Shown piece after piece: positions 26,145 through 37,815 of a stretch of 64,000 nt of DNA. Under the pieces are notes generated by a model. That model was not told the DNA's origin and searched no databases. It was given only the letters and a program-made list of their open reading frames with translations. Origin of the DNA: Felis catus (lineage: Eukaryota). The stretch covers positions 8,866,001-8,930,000 of the forward strand of contig NC_058368.1 in assembly GCF_018350175.1 (NCBI RefSeq). The letters are read 5' to 3'. The stretch's first letter is position 1. Each line of letters starts with the position of its first letter. Both the position numbers and the translations under genes were made by a program.

Positions 26145-26359
26145 CCTTCAACGCGGCCAAGTGTGAGAAACTACAAAAGGAGAAGGAGGACCTGGAGTGG
26201 AGGTTTGAGGAGCAGGTGCGCGAGCTGGGCTGGCGGCAGCAGGCGGAGCTCCAGGACCTGGAGGAGAGGCTGCAGGTGCAGTTCCAGGCGGAGGCGATGC
26301 GCCTGCAGGAGGGGCACCACGCCCAGCTGCTGCGGATCAAGTGTCAGCACCAGGAGCAG
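26145..26359 (+). CDS. MTUS2: MTUS2 internal coding exon (215 nt, phase 1 to 0): (A)[71 protein letters not shown]
   Basis: Acceptor ccgcaccAG at 26143-26144, donor CAG|GTCAGT at 26360. The coiled-coil peptide matches the recalled MTUS2 C-terminal region and the frame continues into the next exon. Confidence 0.95.
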
Positions 26360-26869
26360 GTCAGTGTCTCGGGCTCGGGGCTGTGGCTGTGCTGTTGGGA
26401 CCCGCAGGTGGAAGGTGGAGGGGAGCCAGCGCGGCCCCCGCGAGAAGTCCGCTCCGTAGGTGAGCTTTCCTGCGCGGTTCATCCTCCGACCTCGTTTAGT
26501 CCTGCCCTCCTCTCTCTTCCTCTCCTCCGGCGCCCTGGCCTCCCTCTCCCTTCTTCTCAGGCGGGCTCCCCCCCTCCAGGCGCTGGCCCACCTGCTGTGC
26601 CCTCTGCCTGGAATGGTCTCCCTCTGGACCTTCCGTGGCTCCCTCTTTCCGTCTCAGCCAGCTTTTCCTCCCGTCGCTGTCTCAGTGAGGCCTTGCCTTG
26701 TCTAAAATGACAGCCCCTTCCCACCCCCACCCCCACCTACACACTCTTCGTGTCCCCTCCTTGCTCTAGGGTTCCCTCAGCGCTTATCACTGTCGAACAT
26801 ACTAATTTTCCTTGGGTCTTCTCTTTCTCATCTGCGTATTCCGCGAGGGCAGCGATAATCACAAGCAGA

Positions 26870-27070
26870 CGCACGTCTAGCCCTCGTGAGGCTCCAGGGA
26901 CTGCTCTTAACTCTCTACCTCTACTAACTCATTTAGTCCTCACACCAGCCCTCCGAGGTGGGTACCATTATCGTCCCCATCTTACAGGTGAGAAAACCGA
27001 GACCCAGAGGTCACAGTGCTGGTCACGGAAAAGCCAGGGTGGAACCCAGTCTGGCTCCAGAGTGCGCGCT
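26870..27070 (-). mobile_element. MIR
   Basis: attatcgtccccatcttacaggtgagaaaaccgagacccagagg. Confidence 0.7.
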
Positions 27071-30000
27071 CTCCAGCACGAAATTAGAACTGTCTTCCAG
27101 GCTTCTTAGGCAGCGGTAGATGTCTGCCTGACCGTGCCTGCCCTCCGCGCACCTGCTGAATGAAGGCATGAATCCCGCTGGTTAACCTCAGCCCAGCAGT
27201 CTTATCAGAGAGGGCAGTGCATCCCGGAGCAACTAGAGAGGATTCCCAGGGTTGTGCTGCCCCCCATCCCAGCCATTGCCCTCCCCTCCCCGCTCCCAGG
27301 ACTGCCTTTCATGCAAGGAGACAGGGGTCTGCTGTGCTTCTGGGAGCACCTGCACAGCCCCATTCTTTGCTCTTCTTTCCAAATCCCCAAGGCTCTGATG
27401 CCCCAATGCCCACCTTCTAACGGGTGTGTTATTTCACGTCGTCTGCTTGTGACATCCCGAAAGTAAACTGGCATTTGTGAAGAGCGCCCTTTCAATCTCG
27501 GGCGAGCGCTGAGTGGCCCTCCGTTATTGCGAACGTTCATGATCATGAACATTCAGGCTGCCCTCCTCGGACTGCTTCCAAATAAACATCCTGGATGGTG
27601 GCGGTCCCCAGGGGCTTGGGGACTCGGGAGGCACCAGGCCCAAGTCAGAGTAATGATAAGTACTGTTGTTGTCCTTTAGACTCTCCTCTTGGACAGCACT
27701 TTATTCAGCTTCTCAGGTTAGCATTCTCCTTTTCTGGAGGCCTGTGGAAATGAGACACACCTGCCTGCTTGCGGTGCTGTAGACCTTGAGATCAGGAAAC
27801 AGAATAGCTTACAGCTAGAGTTACCCTGCTGCTGCTAAGATTAGAAACTGAGCCCCAGCATCTTTCCTCCTAAGCTTGCAGAGCAGAGCTCCCGTGAGTG
27901 GACGTTTGCACCTGCTGTAGCCTTACCGATCTCCTGGCCCCTCAATACGTCTCAAACGTGTGCAGGTATCAACTAGTTCTGTGCCTCTGTGTGGGCTGCT
28001 CATTCCCACTTTTACACAGAGTGCCTTTGCCTCCATATCCACTAAAAGACTTCTGGTCTGAAGATCTGTGGTCACCAGCAGGAGAAAGTGCTTGCAGGGA
28101 GCCCTCTGAGCAAAAGCTCGTGTTGGGGTGTGGTGAATGGAAACCAAGGAGCACAAGGAGCACAGCTGAGCGGGCCCGTCCACCAGCAGGGCGCCACCTG
28201 GGGCCTCACTCGAGTGTCACTGGTGCAGAGACACATGCCGGGAGATGTGCTCTCGCCTGGCCTCTAAGCTGGGACATAGCAGCCTTGTAGAGATTTTATG
28301 CTGGCCCTGACTTTCCCACTTGAGGACGAGTTACGTAAGCTACCTATGTGTATTTAAGAAGTGCTGTGTCTTATGAAGGCTTCTGTCCTTGATCCTTCAG
28401 AATAAACAGCTAGTGATTCATTTATTTATTCATCTAGGCAGAGGATATTTAGCGAATGCCACGGTCCGCAAGGCATCATGGCAGGCCACTGCGAGAGATG
28501 CCAAGATGTGGAAGGTGTGGATTTACTCCCTCAGGTTACAGATCAGGAAAGTTCCGACACAAGTGCCTGAGAAGCTGTAATACTGGGTGAGAAGTACAGA
28601 GGATGTGTTGAGGAATTTAGATTACTTCCAGCTGTGAAGATAAGGGACCGCTTTATGGTGGAAATAGCGTCTCGAGACTTCACGTGTGAGCAAACCCTGC
28701 CTATGAAATTCCACTGGTGGGGGGTGGGGGGATGGGTGGTGATTTAAATCTGTGAATGATTCGGGTCCCCGATTCTGCTGCTGCATATCCCTTCCCCAGC
28801 AGACAGCAATGCAGGCAGTGAGGAAGAAGGCGAAATGCGCCTCAGTCCAGTGATTCCAATTTCCGGACAGAAAAAAACGCTCATGTGTTCAAGGCAGGGT
28901 GAGAGTCAAGTGTATGAGCGTGACAGAGATTTGGATGGTCCACTCCCCGCATCAGTTACCCGTGCGGGAATCTCCGCGCTCTGTGGGTCTTCCTTATCAG
29001 GGACGATTGCGTCTGGCAGGGCCATCTCCACAGGTAGCGGCATCTCTGGGCTTCTGGAGCCTTCAAAATCAGGCTAGCCCATCTGCCTTCTCCTCGTGCC
29101 CCCGTGCCCCACGGCGGGCAGGGGGGAGGCGGCGTCAGCTTTGACGTGCGGGGTTTTCAGAGGCTTTACTCAGGTCGGGAGCTCACTGTTAAGGCAGGCC
29201 GACCTCTCAGTTCACCGCAGGGTCTCCCGTAGGACACATCCAGCCCTTCCGTCACCTGGAGGGGCAAAGACTGTCCCTGCCTACACATGGGAATCACTTG
29301 GGACGACTTGGGACAAAACACACCTCATCGTCCTTGGCCCACGTGAACTGAATCAGAATTGGTGAGTGGGTCCTGCCACGGGGTGGTTTGTGAAGGCTCC
29401 CCGGGGCCCCGCACCGCAGGTGTCCTGGGACGTGCAGGGCCCTGTCCTGCGGTCTCTGCTTCGGGGCACGAGCAGGGGGCATGGCCTTACCCCTTGGCTT
29501 TCTTCTGTGACTTCAAGACTCGGCACGACTTTTACTTTTCACGTGGGGCTAAAAGGTGTTTCATTAACATCACCTCTCATTCTGTTATGTGTGGCCAGCT
29601 GCACATTAACAGAAGCCAGCTTGCCAGAGCTTTCCCGAAGCACGCAAAACCGATTTTCACTGTAAACACACGTGCTTTTTCCCTTTCCGCCCCGGACGTA
29701 GTTCCTTCTTTGCCCGGCTTGCAGCCGTCCTCTCTGGGCTGCCTGTGGCTGTCGCCCAAGGATACTTCGCCACACAGTCCTGTGTTCAGGGAATCGGATT
29801 TGTGACCTTTGACCCCCTTGCTCCAAGACCCTTTGGCTGGCTGTCTTACTCCCTGACCCGGCCCGGAAGTCTTGAGTCCGGGGCCGCTGGCCCCTACCTG
29901 CGTTATGGGTTGCGCTCCACAAAGCGGGAGCAGAGCCCTCCTTGAGGAGCAGTGGTGCTCACCCTTTGGAGTTTCTGCCCGCTCTGTCTCGTGTCCAGGA

Positions 30001-33000
30001 CATGCCTTCTGCCCTTTCCCGAAGAAATCATCCTCATAGGCTTGCTGGCAGGCTCAGCGTCCCCACGCTTAATCAGAACGTACAGAGGCCGCTTTGTCCA
30101 TCATCTTGCATTATGTCTCTTTGGTCCTGCTCGGCAGGCATTCAGCTCCCATCAGCGGAAAGTACGGTCTCCCTAATCAGACAGAATGAGGTCCCCGGGG
30201 GCCCTCTGTCTTCCAGCACCAGAGCCCCCACACGCCTGGGGGGGGGGGTGGCGGAACCGGGAAGATAGGGGCTTCTGTGAACAGGTGCCCACGTGCTGAG
30301 CTGCAGAGGGACAGAGGCGCACCCGTGAACGTGAGGCTGCCCTGAGTTGATGCCCAGGACACTGTGGCCGCGATGGAAGGGAAGGGAAGGAGGGGGCTCC
30401 TCGTTACCTAGGGAGGAACATTAAGAGAGCCCTGGAGAACAGTAAACATGGCGTTTCTGTGTGACGGCGACTGTTGGACGGACACGATGACAGACGCCCC
30501 TGTGGCACAGCCCTCAGCCCCCTCTCCCTGGAGAAGGGAGGAGGGCGGTCCAGCAGCGGTTCAAGGAGGCCCTACCCTGGGGTTCTAAAAGGAGAAGAAG
30601 GATGCCTCACCCAGCCCAAGTGTGCCGTGGGCTGTCTAGTTTAACGCCTTTGGCCTCTGACGGGGCGGCCGGTGCATAAAAGGAGCTTGCGTTTCCCTCG
30701 GTTCAGCTGGGCTGAACCTGCTCACGTGCCTTGAGAAGTTCTCGCATCTTCTCAGGCTGAGAGCCCTTACTGGCTGCTGGGGACCGTGAGCCCATGCTCC
30801 AGAAGGCAGCCAGCAGCCGTGGGAAATGTCACGGGGATTAATATGACAAGAGGGAGGATTGCAAAAGCGGGCAGCCCCTCCCTTGTATTCTTCAAAACCC
30901 ATAAAGACACACGGAAACCTAAATTACTGAAGAGTAAGGATTACTGTGCCCACATTTGGGCTCAGTGGCTCTCCTTGGGTTCTTTCAAGACCTACTGGGC
31001 TTTTCTCTCATTGCATGTGGGCTTTCAGAGTTAGGGACTTACTAATTCATTCATAAAAGCACCTCTGAGGGGCCGTAGCAGTTAGGTCATGCCCTTCCAC
31101 CGTTCCTAACATGTTGGGGGCAGTGTTTTATCACCACTAAGTCAAAGACCTGCCTTCCACCTGACCAGAGGGCCACGTATCTGGCCACAAACATAATGTA
31201 GCCTTGCCAGTCAGGGCACATCCCCCTCCAGGGATGCATGGGACTCTTCTGGAACTCAGCCCTTCCATCCATCTCTCTTTCCTGAAACCACCCATGGCAG
31301 TTTCTGGAAGAGCCCGATACATTTGAATCATACCAAGGTCTGATGAAAGATTTTTCTTTATACCGAAATGGGTCACCTCACTCCAAATAATGTGTGGGTA
31401 CTTGTTTCTACAGTGCGCTATGGGCTTCACTGACATCAGTAATAAAGCAGAAAGAAAAGATATTTCCATTTTTTTTTTTAAGCCAGGGATTTATTTCTCC
31501 AAGAGACTAAAAGGCTTTGGACGATGATGCCGTAAAAACCTCATATAAACAGGAATTGGACAATTAAACACTGTGGTGATCAGCCTTTCTGCTGATTGGC
31601 TTCAGAGCTCCGAGCCTTAAGGAAAACATCGTTTAACCAAGAATGGCCAGTAAATAAAAGAGAATCGTTGCACACCATGTCCGTTTTCCTATGATAAGGC
31701 AGCTGTCCTCACACCGCGGAGTTCGCTGTTGGTTTTGCCAGAGATATTTCTTTCCTAGCGGATGAAGTTTTCATTTCCTGCAGGAGAGAGAAGTCAGGCA
31801 AATTCTCCTATGCGATTATCGTATCCAGAACAGGAATCGGTCCCATTTAAAACTAAAAATACTCCAACGCCTCCACTTCACGAGCGGGCTTCCTTTCTTG
31901 TGCAGAACCCTTCCTCCCTTCAGATCAGAGGTCGGCTTGTGAATTATCCGCAGACACATGAGGGACCTAGACTCCCCTCTTAGCGGGTGCTAGAAGCAAC
32001 ATATGCGCCACTGGTCCACCAAAGAGCTTTAGGACCCGGGCCCATTTCCCGGTCCAGTGTTTTTCAAATGCCAGGTTTTGACACGGTAGGTTGTGAAATG
32101 AATCTAGTGGTTTGTAACTGGCATTTTGGAACACAAAGTAAGGCAGAAATGTTAAAGCCAGACTATTGCAAATAGGAAGGGAAGGTGCTGTTTTGTGGAA
32201 CTTTGGTTTCGCGGGTGCACACGCCCATGCGTGATGTAACACACTGTGGTGTTTTCTACCGGTGGGTCACGGACCAAGAATTTAGAAGAACGTTCTCCCG
32301 GTGTGCTACTAGGAGGAGAGGCGGGGTTTTTTTTTTTGCAATCGCTCCTGAAAGCCATGTATTTGAAGTTAAAGCAACAGCCACACCAATAACAAACACA
32401 GTAAACGTGTGGGGAGTGCTGGGTTGCAGCGATCGGGAAGGGTGAAAATAAAAATCCTGAACCAGTTGCACCACCTGTGATTACATTCTGGAAATGTGCC
32501 TTCAGCCAGAGAAACTGGAGCAGCTGCACATTGCCTGGGAGGTCCAGGTGGTAATCTGGAGGGCACGGTTACGGGGAAGCAGGCGCAGCGAGCACGCACA
32601 GATCTGCCGGCCTGCCTCGGTGCTGGTGACGGGATCCCGACGCATTCGCCGCGGTCTTGCTGGGGGAGGCGACACGGTGTGTTGGAGAGAGTTTCGCCTG
32701 TGGCGTCGGACGGACCCGCGCCGACTGCCGGCTCTGCCGTTTACGAGCCCTTGGCAAAACATTTCAAACCTCCCTAAGCCTCGGTCTCCTTGTCTGTTAA
32801 ATGGGCGTAAAAATACCTGGTTCGTGATGCTGCTGTGAGAGCCAAGTGCAGTAACCAATAGCAGGTGCGTTAATAGAGGTCAGTTCACTTAACGTACCTT
32901 GTGCCTTCACGCTCCCGCCTGTCACTGGGCAACAGAGAGCAGAGCATCCAGTAGACGACCCTCTTCTTTTCCTTAGGCACCATTACCTCATAGTGATTGG

Positions 33001-33363
33001 TGAAGGGGGAGGAATGGGAGGAGGAAGGGGATGGGCCGGAAGCCAGGCCCAGGGCAGTGAAGAGATGACTCGGGCAGCCGTCCCCCATGGGGAGCTGCCA
33101 TCTTCCTGAGGACAGCCGGGCTGTGGCAGTGACTTCCCTGTGACCTCCCCCCATTCCGGAGCTGCCACGTCATCACCGGACCCTGGCTCTCCTGCCTCGG
33201 CACGAGGCCGAGATAGCCGTCATCTCGGCAGAATGACCTGTCCTTGGCGTTTCGGGCCACGGACCTTTCTAGTTGGGATTCCACCTCTGTCCTCCAGGCA
33301 GCAAGGACACTGCTGCCACCCCTCCCCCACTCTGTGTGTAACCATAGCTGTGGCCTCCTTCAG

Positions 33364-33469
33364 GTAGAAGACATCACGGCCAGCCATGAGGCTGCTGTCC
33401 TGGAGATGGAGAATAACCACACGGTAGCCATCGCGATCCTGCAGGACGACCACCACCACAAGGTCCAAG
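33364..33469 (+). CDS. MTUS2: MTUS2 coding exon (106 nt): [35 protein letters not shown](E)
   Basis: Acceptor ctccttcAG at 33362-33363, donor AAG|GTAGCT at 33470. Phase 0 to 1 fits both neighbours. Confidence 0.95.
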
Positions 33470-34339
33470 GTAGCTACCGGCCGCCATATGCGTGGCCCTT
33501 CGGGGTGGGTCGTGTGAGCCCAGCCTTTCCTGCCATCCTTCTTCTCGTGCTCCTCTTCCCATTTTCCCTTCCTTTCCTTCCGGTCTGTCTTCCGTGTCGC
33601 TTCCTGTGGCAAGAAGAGCTAGAAATCCAGGATCCATCCAGGTAACCACTTCGTTCCTCAGAAGCAGCCCCCCTCAGCCCTGCTGGAGACGAGAACCCTA
33701 GGGAGCCATCCCAGGGGCTCACGCCCAGCCCGGGTCCCAGCTGGGGCTCCTCGGTGGCTGCTCTGGGGTGCTGCTGCTGGCCGTCGCGATTGCTCAGAGC
33801 TCCTGAGATGGTTCTGATGGGGTCTCGAATCTTGAGAAGCACTATTCCCAAGTACGCCTGGAAATCCTGGGCTTTACCTTGTCTCGTTGCCTCTCAACAC
33901 AAAATGGCAAGCCGCTGTAGGTCCGTGCACTTGCCCACACTTGTGGCGTGCTCAGGGCCACAGCAGTGCCCCTCTGGATCTGCGTCTCCACACCTCATAG
34001 CCACGCACCGTATGCCCCGTGGGCTAAACAGAGTTCCAGACGGTGGGATTTCTTTCTACATTTTTGTAACTTGAATTATCTTCCAATACGTAGAGGTTTT
34101 TGTGGGTCGTAACAACAGTAACAACATTTACTAATTACTATCAGGATTTTGACTTTGCCAAAGAACCTTTTTTTTGACGTGCGTGTACATTAATATTTAC
34201 AACTTCTTTTTCGATTTCAACCCCCCTCCCTTTTTTTCTCCTAGTCCACTGACTGTGAAAAGTGTATTAAAAACAATGAAATGTAATACATAGGTTAATA
34301 AATTTTAAGAATTTGAAAGTTAAACATTAGAGTTTAAAC

Positions 34340-34575
34340 TTTTTTTAATTTTTAAAAAATATTCATTTATTTTGAGGGAGAGAGGGGGAGAGAGAGAGAG
34401 AGAGAGAGAGCAAGTGGGGGAGGGGTGGGGGGAGAGGGAGAGAGAGAATCCCAAGCAGGCTCTATGCTGTCAGCATGGAACCCCACGTGGGGCCCAATCT
34501 CATGAACCATGAGATCGTGACCTGAGCCAAAATCAAGAGTTGGATGCTTAACGGACTGAGCCACCCAGGCGCCCC
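34340..34575 (-). mobile_element. CAN-SINE
   Basis: Reverse-complement head at 34575, (GA)n. Confidence 0.93.
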
Positions 34576-35446
34576 TTAAAATTATTTAAGGCTATTGGGT
34601 TGCCTTTTGTTTCTGTATTTGCATAAAAAATAGACCTGTAGATTTTTGTGATGAATGAAATCTCACTTAGACACCATATCCAAGACCTTTGAATTATGTA
34701 TAAATGTGGAGGCAATGTAAGTGTATTTAATGATAGCCAAAAATCTATTACTATCGTCAGGATGATACTTTCAATGACTTTTAAAACTAATCATGTAGAC
34801 AGAGCCAGGTAGACCAGAAGGCTACATGGCTTTATATCAATGAAATCAGCCCAGACTTTTTTTTCCCCCCCAAATGCAAATTTCAGCTATAAACAACTGG
34901 ATTTCTTAGAGACTTTCGCCATCATTACTTAAAAGATTTGGGTCAATGGAAACCACAAAGTCTTTCCTAATTGCAGCTCATGCCAGCCCGAATGATAATT
35001 GCTGGCCTCCAGTGCTCTCCTGTTCTGAGCATGTGATCCTGGCTGATTAATGAGACCTTTCCTCACTGCAGTTATAACATGAAAACAAATTGCTTGTGTA
35101 GCCAGGATGAGATGCGCTTCATCCAGCTAATAAGATTCTTTCCATCTGGAGGCAAATAGACTCCATTCGCTTAATAACTCTCACATGACATCTCTTTCTG
35201 CCCAACTTGCAAATTATTACCAGAATGACACTTTTCACGGGACAGAATTGTTCCATACCGTCTGACAGGAACCAGTCCAATTAGTCCTTCCTTCTGTCTG
35301 AGCTTCTTAATGTTGAAGCTTTGCTCAAGCAAATCCTCGAGATCGGTGGTTTCCAGAGTATGGCCCAGGAAAGCTTGGAGGATCAATGAGTACTGTGCGT
35401 GGAGAATCCAACTTGGCCAGGGTGGTGGTAAAGCGGGCTGTAGGAA

Positions 35447-35448
<2 letters not shown>

Positions 35449-35492
<44 letters not shown>
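35449..35492 (+). repeat. (GT)n microsatellite
   Basis: Read directly. Confidence 0.95.
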
Positions 35493-35494
<2 letters not shown>

Positions 35495-35806
35495 CGTGCG
35501 CACGTGCGTTTATGGTGCGTGTGCGTGCGCACGTGTATGGGGACGTGTGTTCACGAGCACGACTGTGCTCTTTGCTTCCCTCGCCCGTTTCTTTGCTCTT
35601 TCCCTCTTTGTCTTTCTTTGTCCTATTCCCCTTCTCCTTCTTTCACTGTCTTCTAAAGGGGACCGCGTGTCGTTTCAAAATAATGGAGAAGTCTGTGTAG
35701 GCTTCAGCCGGCTGTATACCAGTGTCCCTTATTTACCTGAGTCTGTCGGAGTCTTGTTTGATCTTTTTCAAGAGACCACATTAACTGTTTGACCTCTTCT
35801 CTCCAG

Positions 35807-35880
35807 AACTGATGTCTACCCATGAGCTTGAAAAGAAAGAATTGGAAGAAAATTTTGAAAAGCTGCGACTGTCATTACAG
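35807..35880 (+). CDS. MTUS2: MTUS2 coding exon (74 nt): (E)[24 protein letters not shown]
   Basis: Pyrimidine tract ctcttctctccAG at 35805-35806, donor CAG|GTTAAT at 35881. Phase 1 to 0. Not in the ORF track; read by hand. Confidence 0.95.
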
Positions 35881-35898
35881 GTTAATATTCATTCTCTT

Positions 35899-35963
35899 AA
35901 AGGTGCATTTGTTCTTAAAGTTTATTTGTTTTGAGAGAGAGTGTGTGAGGGAGTAAGGGGAGG

Positions 35964-36003
<40 letters not shown>

Positions 36004-36111
36004 CCCAGACAGGCTCCACGCTGTCAGCGCGGATCTCATGAACCGTGAGATCATGACGTGAGCCGAAGTCAAGAGTCGGACCCTTAACCAGCTGAGCCAC
36101 CCGGGTGCCCC
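35899..36111 (-). mobile_element. CAN-SINE immediately downstream of an MTUS2 splice donor
   Basis: TSD a(a/g)tattcattctctt at 35884-35898 and 36112-36126. Confidence 0.93.
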
Positions 36112-37379
36112 AGTATTCATTCTCTTCACTCTAGTCTCAAGATGATGGCGGTGTCATTATGCCTGTCCACAGACATTTATCTAGCACCTACTGTGTACAG
36201 GATCCTGTGCTAAGCATCGGGATGTAGAAGTAAATGAGACATATGCCCTGCCCTTTGGGAAGTCACTGTCCACTCAGACAGCTGTGACCCGAACAGTGAC
36301 AGACAACACAAAAGGGAAATACTTACACCCAGTGAATACTACCATTAGTGAGCGCCACAGAAGTTCTGAGATGATGGTCCCCACTTGCCATGGTCTGACC
36401 TGAGCTGTGTCTGAGGAGAAGGGAGTGCTTGAGGACGGTATTCTAGGCAGCGGGAATGGGGTAACGGTATCCCTTTGTGAAAGATAGATGTCATAGGACA
36501 TGTTCTGGGAATTATCGAAGGGACTTTAATCACCTGGAAGTGGGTGAGATGAAAAGAACCTTCTTTGCCTTCCACCACCAACCTGCAGAAAATGTGGGTC
36601 TCCGAGGCCAGGGAGCCGCCTGGCTTCCTGCTGACCTCTGCGGGGAGAATGAAGCATCTCCCAGACTACGTGCATCTCCCTCCTGCCTTCTAGAGACCCA
36701 GGCCACCCCCAGCCCTAAGGCAGAGCTGCCTGGGAAGCAGGGGTGAGGTCGGCGGCCCTGCTTCCCTTCCCAACCATCACAACCAGATTATTTGTTAAAT
36801 ATTAGGGACACTCACGTGGGGAAATTGTGGGAGGTGATTACCAAAACCGCAACACAAAGGCGGGGATTTTGCTTCTTTGATGGCGCCCTTTCCCCTGGCA
36901 ATGTTCATTGGCCAGAGCCTGCCCCCCAAGAAGAGCATCCAGGATTGTGCAGATAGCCAGTCTCACAACTACTGAGCATTCTGTTCAGAAGTTAAAATGG
37001 GAGACCGCCTGCTGCAAGCCGACCCCCGACTCATCGATCCATCGATGGTCGTCTGCGTGGTCATCACGCGGCTTATCCTCGGCACGTGAACCCCAAACTG
37101 CCTTCGGGTACCCCGCATCCCACACCACCAGGTGCACGCCCCCTAAGGTGCACAAACCAGGACCATACTGTGATGTAACAAAAACCCCATCCAGTCCACA
37201 ACCAAAAAGAATCGAGAGTTTAGTTTCATATGTGGGTCCTCACGCTGCTGCTGACATTAAACGGTCGTGAATTGTGCGTATTTTACTTGTGATTCTCCAT
37301 GGGCAGATTTCATTTGGGCTGGAGATTATTTGGTGCAAAGAGGATGGGATTGTCGAGCCCCCCTTTTTGGGCTCCTGGT

Positions 37380-37600
37380 GGCTAGAGAAACAGGTCTGGG
37401 GCAAGAGATTGGAGCTTCCAGTTTAAATCCCCACTGTACCCCCTCTTACTAGCTTTGAAATTGTGGACAGTTACATGAGCTCTGTAAACCTTACTTTCCT
37501 CATCTATAAAATGGGGATGATAACGGGACCTCCCCCAAGGTGTGAGCAGATTAAGGGAAATGATGTATGTCTAACGTGAGGTGGGTTCAAGGTAAATGCT
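37380..37600 (+). mobile_element. MIR
   Basis: gtttaaatccc..tactagctttg..tttcctcatctataaaatggggatgataa. Confidence 0.75.
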
Positions 37601-37617
37601 AAGAAGCAGCAGCTATT

Positions 37618-37815
37618 GGGGGCGCCCGGGTGGCTCAGTCGGTTGAGCGTCTGACTTCGGCTCAGGTCACGATCTCACAGTTTGTGAGTTCGAGCCCCGC
37701 GTCGGGCTCTGTGCCGACAGCTCGGAGCCCGGAGCCTGCTTCGGATCCTGTGTCTCCCTCTCCTTCTCGTGCTCTGTCTCTCAAAAATAAGTAAGCGTTA
37801 AAAAACATAAAAAAC
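37618..37815 (+). mobile_element. CAN-SINE (SINEC_Fc-like)
   Basis: Canonical head and body, A-rich tail. Confidence 0.94.

Noticed and set aside
26360..26710. Read-through of the exon ORF into the intron (196-aa ORF)
   Set aside because: Similarity to MTUS2 ends at the GT donor, and the extension is Pro/Ser-rich, partly L2-like sequence.
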